From Eubacteriales bacterium (GTDB lineage: Bacteria; Bacillota; Clostridia; Oscillospirales; CAG-272): DNA of 64,000 bases. Positions 47,598 to 55,802 of the stretch are shown one piece after another. The notes under the pieces were generated by a model. The model did no database searches. It saw nothing but the letters and a program-made list of their open reading frames with translations, and was not told the origin of the DNA. The stretch lies in contig JBGVFH010000072.1 in NCBI GenBank assembly GCA_045120955.1, positions 31,876-95,875 of the forward strand, written 5' to 3'. The position numbers and the translations under genes are program-made. Positions within the stretch are counted from its first letter, which is position 1; each line of letters starts with the position of its first letter.

Positions 47598-49034
47598 ATG
47601 AAAGAACTAAAAGACAGCGAATATATAAAAAGAATAAGGCCGACGGCAAAGAAGCTGCTGTCCGCTTTGCTCTGCGAATATGAATACGCATCCGTTTTGT
47701 GCGTTGATGCGAAGGGAAAAAACTACCGTGTACAAAAGGCAGGTACTTTGATAAGCGACGAGCCGCTTTATTGCAGCAGAGGGCTTGTTTTGCGGGTGTT
47801 AAAAAACGGGGAGATATTCGAGCATTCGGTATCCTCCTTGCGTGAAGACGGCATTGAGGGCATCCTTGAGGATATACGCTCTCTGACCGAAGCTGAGCGT
47901 TACGGTGTGTCGGCAGGCTATGAGCCCCGCACAAAGCTTGTGCCGAGAGACGAGGAGTGCGTGCTTCACCGCTCTACCACGTATGAGACAGATCCGGAAG
48001 AGTACGGGGACGAAAACATCATAAAGGCGCTGACACAGGCAAGAGAGCAGGCACTTTCTGCCGATTCGCGGGTGTTTGATGCCGTGACACGCTGTGCCTA
48101 CAGAAAATATTCAAAGCTGTTTTTGTCCAAAAACAAGGATATGTGCCAAAACGTCATGTGGACTACGGCTACGGTGCTCTCGCTTGTAAAGCAGGGCGAG
48201 AGAATAAAGGACAGCTATCAGGGCTTTTCGGTGCTGGGCGGAGCCGAGGTGCTCGAAGAGATGAAAAATAAGGGAGTACCCCGCTCGGTCGAAAACGGCG
48301 TGGCATTGCTTGACAGCGCTCAGATAACTCCGGGCGAGTATGAGTGCATCTGCTCGCCCGACGTTACGGGAATGATAGTTCATGAGGCGTTCGGGCACGG
48401 GGTCGAGATGGATATGTTCGTAAAGGACAGAGCGTTGGCGAAGGACTATATGGGAAAGCAGGTCGCATCCCACCTTGTCACGATGAGGGACAGTGCGTGT
48501 GCGGTGGACGAGGCGGCATCATACTTTTTTGATGACGAAGGAAATCTCAGCCGTGATACGTTGATCATCGACAGGGGAATTCTTGTCGGAGGCATATGTG
48601 ACGAGGTTGCGGCAAACGCACTCGGCATCTCCCCCACGGGAAACGGCAGACGTGAGAGCTTTGAAAAAAAGGCGTACACAAGGATGACCAACACCTATTT
48701 CGAGGCGGGAGAGGACAGCGTCGAGGATATGATAGCTTCGGTCAAGGACGGCTATTTGCTTGAAGAAGCAAGGAGCGGAATGGAGGACCCGAAAAACTGG
48801 GGAATTCAATGCATGGTGGGAATTGCAAGAGAGATAAAGGACGGTGCTCTGACGGGCAGGATATTTTCGCCCGTCGTGCTGACAGGATACGTGCCCGACC
48901 TTTTAAAGTCGATATCCATGATGAGCACAGAAGCAAGGCTGTGCGGTACGGGCTTTTGCGGTAAGGGACATAAGGAATGGGTAAAGGTATCCGATGGCGG
49001 TCCGTATATCAAGGCACGGATAACGCTCGGATAA
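47598..49034 (+). CDS. TldD-family metalloprotease
   Basis: Start at ATG 47598. Contains the HEAFGHGVE zinc motif and a Gly-rich C-terminal region typical of TldD. Confidence 0.8.
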   Translation: MKELKDSEYIKRIRPTAKKLLSALLCEYEYASVLCVDAKGKNYRVQKAGTLISDEPLYCSRGLVLRVLKNGEIFEHSVSSLREDGIEGILEDIRSLTEAERYGVSAGYEPRTKLVPRDEECVLHRSTTYETDPEEYGDENIIKALTQAREQALSADSRVFDAVTRCAYRKYSKLFLSKNKDMCQNVMWTTATVLSLVKQGERIKDSYQGFSVLGGAEVLEEMKNKGVPRSVENGVALLDSAQITPGEYECICSPDVTGMIVHEAFGHGVEMDMFVKDRALAKDYMGKQVASHLVTMRDSACAVDEAASYFFDDEGNLSRDTLIIDRGILVGGICDEVAANALGISPTGNGRRESFEKKAYTRMTNTYFEAGEDSVEDMIASVKDGYLLEEARSGMEDPKNWGIQCMVGIAREIKDGALTGRIFSPVVLTGYVPDLLKSISMMSTEARLCGTGFCGKGHKEWVKVSDGGPYIKARITLG

Positions 49035-49067
49035 AGGCTTTTAATTATTAGGGAGAAGGATACTGTC

Positions 49068-50339
49068 ATGACAGAAAAGATCAAAAGGTTGCTTGAGTGC
49101 GAAAAAATTGAGCACTACCTGATAAAAGAACAAATTGAAGAGAGCGAGGAGCTGTATTTTATAAAAAAACGCCTCGACCAAAAAAGAAGCAAGCGCACAC
49201 ACAAATGCACGCTTACGCTTTACCGTGATCACATATCCGACGGTATTCGTATGCGAGGCTCGGCGCAGGTGCTGATATTCCCCGATATGACCGAGGACGA
49301 GATGCTCTGCAAGCTGCGTGAGGGATATTATGCCGCTTCCTTTGTAAATGATGCGCATTATGATCTGGCGGCACCCACGGATGACGGCGGAGTAGAAAAA
49401 AGTGACGAGATATCGCTCTCTGATACTGCCGCAGAGTATGCACGTGCGTTGTTTTTACATGACGGCGAGAGCAGTGCTTTTATCAACTCTGCTGAAATAT
49501 TTTGCACAAAGAAAAGCGTCAGAATAACAAACTCATGCGGTGTTGATGTCGGCTACACACAATACCGTACCGACGGGGAGATAGTCGTTGCGTGTAAGGA
49601 CGGAGAGGATGTCGAGATGTTCGACTACTTCTCGTATGAGGGTATGCAGAGCGAGTGCTTGGCTCAACGGGTAAAAAAAGCGCTGACAGAGGTAAAGGCA
49701 AGATCGCAGGCACAAAGGGCACTGCGCTCGGGCGTGTATGATATCATCATTGAGGGCGTGTGTGTCAGAGAGGTGCTCGGTTACTATCTTTGGAAGGCAA
49801 GTGCGGCAAATATCTATACAAAATACTCCGAGTGCAAAATAGGCGATATGATGCAGGGAGAGGGGGCAAAATTCCCCCTGAACATTACAGCTTCAGCTAC
49901 CGTACCCTACAGCGATGAGGGTATAAAAATGAAGGATATGCCGCTTGTCTCAGACGGCAGGCTCTCGATGATATGCGGCGGCGTGAAATTTTGCTCGTAT
50001 CTGGGCATTGCTCCGAGCGGAGAATATGAAAAGCTCACCGCAGAATTGGGTCGGGTGAGCCTTGCAGAGCTGAAAAGTACACCGCATCTCCATATCGTCA
50101 GCTTTTCAGACTTTCAGTTTGACCCGCTCGACGGCTATTTCGGCGGAGAGATAAGGCTCGCTTATCTCTATGACGGGGAGAGCACGAGCATTGTTACGGG
50201 CGGCTCTGTCAGCGGAAATATCGGGGAGGTGCGTGACAGCTTTGAGATGAGCCGAGAGGGATACAGCGGCTACGATTACAGCGGACCTCTTGCGCTTAAA
50301 ATAAAAGGGGTCAGCGTATCGGGAAGTGCCGAAAAATAA
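49068..50339 (+). CDS. TldD/PmbA-family protein (PmbA/TldE-like partner, no HExxxH)
   Basis: 423 aa, adjacent to TldD. The C-terminal GGxxxG-rich region fits; no zinc motif is present. Confidence 0.6.
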   Translation: MTEKIKRLLECEKIEHYLIKEQIEESEELYFIKKRLDQKRSKRTHKCTLTLYRDHISDGIRMRGSAQVLIFPDMTEDEMLCKLREGYYAASFVNDAHYDLAAPTDDGGVEKSDEISLSDTAAEYARALFLHDGESSAFINSAEIFCTKKSVRITNSCGVDVGYTQYRTDGEIVVACKDGEDVEMFDYFSYEGMQSECLAQRVKKALTEVKARSQAQRALRSGVYDIIIEGVCVREVLGYYLWKASAANIYTKYSECKIGDMMQGEGAKFPLNITASATVPYSDEGIKMKDMPLVSDGRLSMICGGVKFCSYLGIAPSGEYEKLTAELGRVSLAELKSTPHLHIVSFSDFQFDPLDGYFGGEIRLAYLYDGESTSIVTGGSVSGNIGEVRDSFEMSREGYSGYDYSGPLALKIKGVSVSGSAEK

Positions 50340-50434
50340 GCGGGCAGTGCCCGCATCCATCCTCACGCCTATTGTATCTTTGGTTTTCTTTAACTCAATC
50401 TAACGGCGGGGCGTAATTACGCAATTTCCTATGC
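50340..50434 (-). repeat. Family-A repeat (X-Y, inverted)
   Basis: GCGGGCAGTGCCCGCATCCATCCTCACGCCTATTGTATC...GCGTAATTACGCAATTTCCTATGC. Confidence 0.9.
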
Positions 50435-50440
50435 AACAAA

Positions 50441-50539
50441 AAAAGCGGGCAGTGAACGCCCCGTCCTCCCGCCTACCGTTGTTTTTATGTTACAAAGGAC
50501 CGCAAAACGGCGGGTGAGGATACTTTCAATTTCATATGC
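50441..50539 (-). repeat. Family-A repeat (X-prime-Y, inverted, degenerate hairpin)
   Basis: AAAAGCGGGCAGTGAACGCCCCGTCCTCCCGCCTACCG...GGTGAGGATACTTTCAATTTCATATGC. Confidence 0.7.
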
Positions 50540-50550
50540 TAAAAAAGCAC

Positions 50551-50589
50551 AAAATCAGCCGTGGGGGCTCAGCTCCCACGGCTGATTTT
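50551..50589. terminator. Bidirectional hairpin terminator
   Basis: 15-bp stem AAAATCAGCCGTGGG/CCCACGGCTGATTTT. Confidence 0.65.
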
Positions 50590-50631
50590 GTTGCCGCCTC
50601 GGAAAGAGTAAAGACTTGCCCACTCCCGCCC

Positions 50632-50760
50632 GCTTCGGAAACAGCCACCCCTCGCCCGTGTCATACTGAGCGAGCGAGAGCGAGTCGAACTCCGAGCGCA
50701 GCGCAGGAGCGGCGGGGCGGAAGTTGTGACGGTATCTCGGGCGAGAACATAGCGGCGGCG
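50632..50760 (-). repeat. Family-B repeat, copy 2 (inverted)
   Basis: See 3631-3753. Confidence 0.8.
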
Positions 50761-50771
50761 CTCACTCTCCC

Positions 50772-51281
50772 TCAGAACAGAAGCAAAAGCAACAGCAAAA
50801 GGAAGGTGTTGTCGTCGCATCTCGACTGATCCTTGTCTTTGTTTGAGCTTAAAAGGAAAAACAGCAAAACGAATATCAGCAGATTGTCGTTTTTCATGGA
50901 ATTGCCGAAAATCGACTGCAAAAGAGAGGAATTTTCCCTTTCACGCCCATGTCTGAGGTCATGCTCGTGCTTGTTTTCGCATTCGCAGTCACGCTCTCTG
51001 TCTCGTTGTGCGTCGCATACAAGCTCATGCTCATGTTTATGTTCATTTTCATGCTCATGCCCGTGCTGCCGTCTGTCGCTGTCCGAGCTTTTGCATTTTT
51101 TGCAGCTCTCCTTGACGTGGGAGTCTGTGTCTGTGCGGCGGTTTTCTTCTTTGACGCACGGCTCTGTATCCGTCATATCTGTGATACCTCTCAGCTGTTC
51201 CAGATACAGTGCGTTTCCACGGTAGTTCGATGGGATAAAAAAACCGCCGCTTCTGCCTATTTGATCATTTTTCGTATACAT
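50772..51281 (-). CDS. His/Glu/Cys-rich hypothetical protein with hydrophobic C-terminus
   Basis: Start at ATG 51281 after GGGGGT. Contains HGHEHENEHKHEHE and CECENKHEHD, with the tail LLIFVLLFFLL...FLLLLLLLLF. Confidence 0.45.
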   Translation of the reverse strand: MYTKNDQIGRSGGFFIPSNYRGNALYLEQLRGITDMTDTEPCVKEENRRTDTDSHVKESCKKCKSSDSDRRQHGHEHENEHKHEHELVCDAQRDRERDCECENKHEHDLRHGRERENSSLLQSIFGNSMKNDNLLIFVLLFFLLSSNKDKDQSRCDDNTFLLLLLLLLF

Positions 51282-51302
51282 TGTATACCCCCGTACCACC
51301 GT

Positions 51303-51839
51303 TTATTTTATCAGCGACATTATCTCGATTATTCTGACGATCGTGTCTATCATCTCCGCCTTGTCATGCGACATATACGGTTTTAGTGCGAGCAGCAGCG
51401 CAGAGCGTCTGTCTGTAACCTTGGCAGGGCGTGGATGTGAACTTCCTTTCGATAAAAGCGGAAATGCCGCCCCCGACTCGTCTCTGTGTCCCTCTTTTTG
51501 CTCCTCTTTTTGCGTCTCTTCTTTGCTGCCGAATACTCCCGACAGAGTTGACATCATCTTTGGTAGTGCCGCCAGCAGCTGGGGATTTTGCATTGCTGTT
51601 GACAAAATTCCCGAAAGGTCCGGGATCGCCTGAGCACCTGCCCCCGAGCCGTCCGTCTGTGCGTTCGTGTGCTCGGCGCCGTTCTCGGTGTCGTTCTCGG
51701 TGCCGTGCTCGGCGCCTTCGCCCGAATCTGCCGGCGGTGTGTCTTTCGGCATGTTCGAAAGCAGCGAGGCAATGCTTGAGAGCATTGCGGGATTAGAGAG
51801 CAGAGCAGAGAAGACATCGCCTGTGTTTTCTGCGCTCAT
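51303..51839 (-). CDS. Hypothetical low-complexity protein
   Basis: 178-aa ORF, tightly spaced between its neighbours. Acidic Gly/Ala/Thr-rich centre, with a conserved-looking tail RRSALLLALKPYMSHDKAEMIDTIVRIIEIMSLIK. Confidence 0.5.
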   Translation of the reverse strand: MSAENTGDVFSALLSNPAMLSSIASLLSNMPKDTPPADSGEGAEHGTENDTENGAEHTNAQTDGSGAGAQAIPDLSGILSTAMQNPQLLAALPKMMSTLSGVFGSKEETQKEEQKEGHRDESGAAFPLLSKGSSHPRPAKVTDRRSALLLALKPYMSHDKAEMIDTIVRIIEIMSLIK

Positions 51840-51846
51840 TTTGCTC

Positions 51847-52092
51847 TCAGCCTCCGTTTTGCTCTTTGAATTTGCGCAGCAGCTCTGCCGCCGCCGCTAT
51901 GTCGCTGTCGCTGGCACCTCCGAGGGCATTTCTTATGGCGGCGATCTCATTTGGCTCTGCCTTTTGCGGAAGTGTTATCCCCGATTGTGAAGCTATCATT
52001 TTTATAACAGCCCACAGTCCGTTGTCGTCAAGTAGCAGTAATTTATCTATAGCGCTTTTATCAAGTTGCATTGACATATTTCCCCTTATCAT
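51847..52092 (-). CDS. Small hypothetical protein (start uncertain: 52092, 52077 or 52071)
   Basis: First gene of the three-gene minus-strand operon. AAGGGGA RBS lies upstream of the internal ATGs. Confidence 0.5.
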   Translation of the reverse strand: MIRGNMSMQLDKSAIDKLLLLDDNGLWAVIKMIASQSGITLPQKAEPNEIAAIRNALGGASDSDIAAAAELLRKFKEQNGG

Positions 52093-52176
52093 TTAAAATA
52101 TCTCTTGAAAGAGCCTATCTATACACAGTATATGAAGGCAACGCTTTTTTGTAACATTTTTTTAATGGAGGAGCTT

Positions 52177-52686
52177 ATGAAGCTTGTGGTTTTTTCAGAC
52201 TCTCACGGAGGTGGAATATATATAAAAAAGGCACTGCAAATGCACAGGGATGCCGATGCGGCGATATTTCTCGGTGACGGGCTGTGGGATTTTTTGCCTT
52301 TGAAGGCGCAATTTCCGAATACTGCATTTTTTGCGGTCAGGGGAAACTGCGATATCGGCAGCTCGCTGTGCTCTGATGTGCCGTTGACCGAGGAGCTGAC
52401 CCTTGACGGGTATAAGCTGTTTTTCTGCCACGGTCACACCTACGGTGTAAAGTACGGCTATGAAAGTATCATCGGTGCGGCAAGAGCACGAGGTGCGGAT
52501 GCGGTGCTGTTCGGGCATACGCATATCCGAACAGAGCGGTATCTGCCCGAGGATGAGGACGGCGGGGCGCTTTATCTGATAAATCCGGGCAGTATCGGCG
52601 GCAGAGGAGAAGGATGCATAAAAAGCTACTGTACCGTAAGACTTGAAAAGAGCGGAATACTCGTTTGTCACGCACAAGTCAGATAA
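52177..52686 (+). CDS. YfcE/MJ0936-family metallophosphoesterase
   Basis: Start at ATG 52177 after GGAGGAG. Motifs VFSDSHG, FLGDG, RGNCD, CHGH and FGHTH. Confidence 0.85.
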   Translation: MKLVVFSDSHGGGIYIKKALQMHRDADAAIFLGDGLWDFLPLKAQFPNTAFFAVRGNCDIGSSLCSDVPLTEELTLDGYKLFFCHGHTYGVKYGYESIIGAARARGADAVLFGHTHIRTERYLPEDEDGGALYLINPGSIGGRGEGCIKSYCTVRLEKSGILVCHAQVR

Positions 52687-52769
52687 TATATATATAATAT
52701 GTACAAATATAAAATGCAAAAACGCCGAAAAAATCTGCAAAAAAAGATCTTTGGCACAAAGAAAAAATG

Positions 52770-52798
52770 TTGATTTTTGGAAAAAAAATGATTATAAT
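52770..52798 (+). promoter_or_regulatory. Candidate guaA promoter
   Basis: TTGATT-17 nt-TATAAT. Confidence 0.4.
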
Positions 52799-52854
52799 AT
52801 AAATATCTTATTTTATCAAATGAAAATAATTCTGTTCTTTTTGGAGGAGTAAAG

Positions 52855-53838
52855 ATGGATACAAACAAGAGACCGGACAGTATGCTGCGTATTACAACGC
52901 CCGAGCTCGCAAATCAGTTTATTGATGAGCAGGTGGCGGCAGTCCGTGCACAGGTAGGCGACAAGAAGGTTTTGCTTGCACTCTCCGGCGGAGTTGACAG
53001 CTCGGTTGTAGCTGCTCTTCTTATCAAGGCTATCGGCAAGCAGCTCGTATGCGTACACGTAAACCACGGTCTTATGCGCAAGGGTGAGAGCGAACAGGTA
53101 ATCGAGGTGTTCCGCGGTCAGCTCGATGCAAACCTCGTTTATATTGATGCAACAGACCGATTCCTTGACAAGCTCGCAGGCGTTAGCGACCCTGAGACAA
53201 AGCGTAAGATCATCGGCGGTGAGTTTATACGTGTGTTTGAAGAGGAGGCACGCAAGCTTGAAGGCATTTCGTTCCTCGGTCAGGGTACCATCTATCCCGA
53301 TATACTCGAGAGTGACGGAGTAAAGGCACATCACAACGTAGGCGGACTTCCCGATGATATGCATTTTGAGGGACTCGTAGAACCTGTAAAGCTGCTTTAT
53401 AAAGACGAGGTGCGTGTAGTAGGTAAGGCGCTCGGACTTCCCGCAAAGATGGTCGATCGTCAGCCTTTCCCCGGACCCGGACTCGGTGTTCGCTGCCTCG
53501 GCGCTATCACACGTGATCGCTTGAATGCTCTGCGTGAGGCTGATGCTATCCTTCGTGAGGAGTTTGACAAAAACGGCCTCGCAGGCAAGGTATGGCAGTA
53601 TTTTATAGCTGTTCCCGACATGAAGAGCGTAGGCGTTCGTGACAGCAAGCGTTATGAGGGCTGGCCTGCGATCATCCGTGCCGTAAATACCAAGGACGCA
53701 ATGAGCGCAACCATCGAGGAGATCCCCTATCCGCTCCTCCACCATATAACAGACCGTATCACACACGAGGTAGAAGGCATCAACCGTGTGCTTCTCGACC
53801 TCACACCCAAGCCCATCGGAACGATCGAGTGGGAATAA
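52855..53838 (+). CDS. guaA: GMP synthase ATP-pyrophosphatase/dimerisation part only (no glutamine amidotransferase domain)
   Basis: 327 aa. Contains ALSGGVDSSV (PP-loop), KRKIIG, HHNVGGLP and QPFPGPGL, and ends in the canonical IEWE. It aligns to roughly residues 195-513 of Bacillus GuaA as I recall it. Confidence 0.9.
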   Translation: MDTNKRPDSMLRITTPELANQFIDEQVAAVRAQVGDKKVLLALSGGVDSSVVAALLIKAIGKQLVCVHVNHGLMRKGESEQVIEVFRGQLDANLVYIDATDRFLDKLAGVSDPETKRKIIGGEFIRVFEEEARKLEGISFLGQGTIYPDILESDGVKAHHNVGGLPDDMHFEGLVEPVKLLYKDEVRVVGKALGLPAKMVDRQPFPGPGLGVRCLGAITRDRLNALREADAILREEFDKNGLAGKVWQYFIAVPDMKSVGVRDSKRYEGWPAIIRAVNTKDAMSATIEEIPYPLLHHITDRITHEVEGINRVLLDLTPKPIGTIEWE

Positions 53839-53874
53839 TCCTACACATCTGAAAACCCCTGATTTCAAGGGATT

Positions 53875-54624
53875 TTACAGTTCTCGTTTTGCTATTGACA
53901 GCAATATGACAGCAAAAAACCAAGATGCTCTGCTTTTTACGGCAGAGCATCTTTCTATTTTATGGGGTTCTTCGCCAAACTCTATATCACAACCGATGAA
54001 GTTGCGGTTCAGTTCCTGACAGGCAGTAAGCACGGAGTATCCACCAGCGGCAGGGTCAAGAATCCAGTCTCCTTCTTGGGTAGTTGCCTCAATCAGTGCT
54101 TTTTGTAGTTCCAGTGGTTTGGAGTGCGGATGTAATTTAGGGGTCTTTTCATCCCACACATCGGGGATGTTATGGATAGTCCATTTACCTTTTGCTCTAA
54201 CAGGGCTCTTTTGGCAAACTATAAGATATTCGGACTTTCTTCTGGTACGGAAGCCCATACCAATTTTGCACTTATTCCAAACGACCATATCAACCAGATT
54301 AAGGTCCGTATGCTGCAACCATTGCAGAACTCCTTGGCATAGGTGGAACTTGTCCACCCACAGGAATAGATGACCACTGGGCGATAACACTCGGTTTATC
54401 TCTTGGATGAAATTTTTAATGGTTGTTTCATCCATTTGAGCGAGGTTGCATCTTGCTTTGCCCCGATTTACACCTTCGTTTCCGTAAGCGAGTTTATCCA
54501 GCACACCACGGTACTGTGGGTCGAAGAAAGCAGTTTTGATTGATTCATCTGTTAGAGATGATAGCAGATTCAAGCCGTCTGCTTTATTGCGAAAGTTTGG
54601 GGGATAATTTTTCTTATTGCTCAT
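53875..54624 (-). CDS. Orphan beta-class DNA methyltransferase (N6-adenine or N4-cytosine; PF01555-like) with DPQY in place of DPPY
   Basis: Motif order IV then I: FFDPQYRG ... HPHSKP ... ILDPAAGG ... FIGCDIE. No endonuclease gene is adjacent. Confidence 0.75.
   Translation of the reverse strand: MSNKKNYPPNFRNKADGLNLLSSLTDESIKTAFFDPQYRGVLDKLAYGNEGVNRGKARCNLAQMDETTIKNFIQEINRVLSPSGHLFLWVDKFHLCQGVLQWLQHTDLNLVDMVVWNKCKIGMGFRTRRKSEYLIVCQKSPVRAKGKWTIHNIPDVWDEKTPKLHPHSKPLELQKALIEATTQEGDWILDPAAGGYSVLTACQELNRNFIGCDIEFGEEPHKIERCSAVKSRASWFFAVILLSIAKREL
53911..53952 (-). terminator. Intrinsic terminator lying inside the 3-prime end of the methyltransferase ORF
   Basis: Minus strand: AGATGCTCTGC-CGTAAAAA-GCAGAGCATCT followed by TGGTTTTTTGCT. 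Confidence 0.6.
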
Positions 54625-54670
54625 AAAGCATTTCTTTCCTTTCTTATAGATTTATATGAAACTCTGCTTT

Positions 54671-54964
54671 TTACGGTAGAGCATCTTTTTCTTTTGGTAC
54701 GAAGACTAAAATAGTTCTTGTTACACTATCATAACTATCTCGTAATGTTTTACAATCTGCATAGTTCTCTTTATACTCACGATATGGCATTATGACCTCA
54801 TTATGTGTTACTGCCATTTTCTTGCGATAGGTTTCTGTGCGACATTTGGAACAGTCACATTCCTTTTCGTACCACTCGATTCGTTTTTCACGGTCCTTGT
54901 GCTTGCCGAAGAGTTGAACCTCTTCCTCGTGACCGCATTTGAAAATAACATTATATTTTCCCAT
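54671..54964 (-). CDS. Small Cys-rich hypothetical protein (possible zinc ribbon)
   Basis: 97 aa with CGH...CDCSKC. Confidence 0.5.
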   Translation of the reverse strand: MGKYNVIFKCGHEEEVQLFGKHKDREKRIEWYEKECDCSKCRTETYRKKMAVTHNEVIMPYREYKENYADCKTLRDSYDSVTRTILVFVPKEKDALP

Positions 54965-55033
54965 ATTTTGTGTATCTCCTTTTTTATTTTAAAGTTAGTG
55001 AGTGCTCCGACTCTTCATCGGAGCACTTTTTTA

Positions 55034-55474
55034 TTACCAAGTTCTGACAAGACCCTTGGCGGGGGTCAGTCTTATGCCAATCGAACCTATTTCAGAACAG
55101 AAAGGGTCGTCTCGATTGACCACATAGGCGATGGTTTCGCCGTTCCTTATGAGTTGCTGGTCAGCATCCCATTCGTCTCTGTGCCTGCTCACATACAGGT
55201 AAGCATCCATCGTACCGTATTCGGTGTAACTACGAACGACCATATAGACACGGGCACCGTGCTCTGCTTCCCAAGACCTGATTTCTTCCAGTTCTTTGTC
55301 ATCAACCCAGTAGAAGGCTCCGAAAGGCGGTTCGCTCTTACTGATACGACCTTCTTCTGCGAACTGCCTGATGGTTTCATCGTGAACACACAACATACCC
55401 ATTCGCTTGACTGCCTCGATGTGCATATCATCGACCTCAAAGGTCAGTCCGTTTACTTCAACTGTCACTTGCAT
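55034..55474 (-). CDS. Hypothetical protein
   Basis: 146 aa counted from MQVTVEVNG. No motif I recognise. Confidence 0.5.
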   Translation of the reverse strand: MQVTVEVNGLTFEVDDMHIEAVKRMGMLCVHDETIRQFAEEGRISKSEPPFGAFYWVDDKELEEIRSWEAEHGARVYMVVRSYTEYGTMDAYLYVSRHRDEWDADQQLIRNGETIAYVVNRDDPFCSEIGSIGIRLTPAKGLVRTW

Positions 55475-55802
55475 CACCCCCTTCGTCTGTCGGAGAGAGT
55501 TTTGCAATCAACTCTAACAGGTATTTGATGTTTTCGAGCACATCGGTGGACTGGTCTATCTGTTCCAGACGTTTCAGTTCTTCGGTGAGACTTACAAGGT
55601 AATCACGAAGATACTTCTGAACTCGGATGTTAGGATGCACTATGATGTCCTCACAGAGTAATCGCTTGATACAATAGTTCTGCTTGGTCATCCCCGAAGT
55701 CAGCACCATCATATTGATGGTGTCTGACTCTTGTGGCGATGCTCGAAAACTAACAGTAACACATCGCCATCGTTTCTTGTTGTCACGGTTCTTTTCAGAC
55801 AT
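55458..55802 (-). CDS. MobC-like ribbon-helix-helix relaxosome accessory protein
   Basis: KRWRCVTVSFRASPQESDTINMMVLTSGMTKQNYCIKRLL follows the R-x-V-x-V-R-x-T-x-E-E ... G-x-S-x-S-x-Y-hR pattern of MobC proteins. Confidence 0.55.
   Translation of the reverse strand: MSEKNRDNKKRWRCVTVSFRASPQESDTINMMVLTSGMTKQNYCIKRLLCEDIIVHPNIRVQKYLRDYLVSLTEELKRLEQIDQSTDVLENIKYLLELIAKLSPTDEGGDASDS

Noticed and set aside
52687-52854. Purine riboswitch upstream of guaA
   Set aside because: The conserved guanine-riboswitch loops and junction sequence are absent. The region is AT-rich with a promoter only.
52816-53868. 350-aa minus-strand ORF
   Set aside because: It is exactly antisense to guaA, whose product has unmistakable PP-loop and IEWE motifs. 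It is a shadow frame with no RBS.
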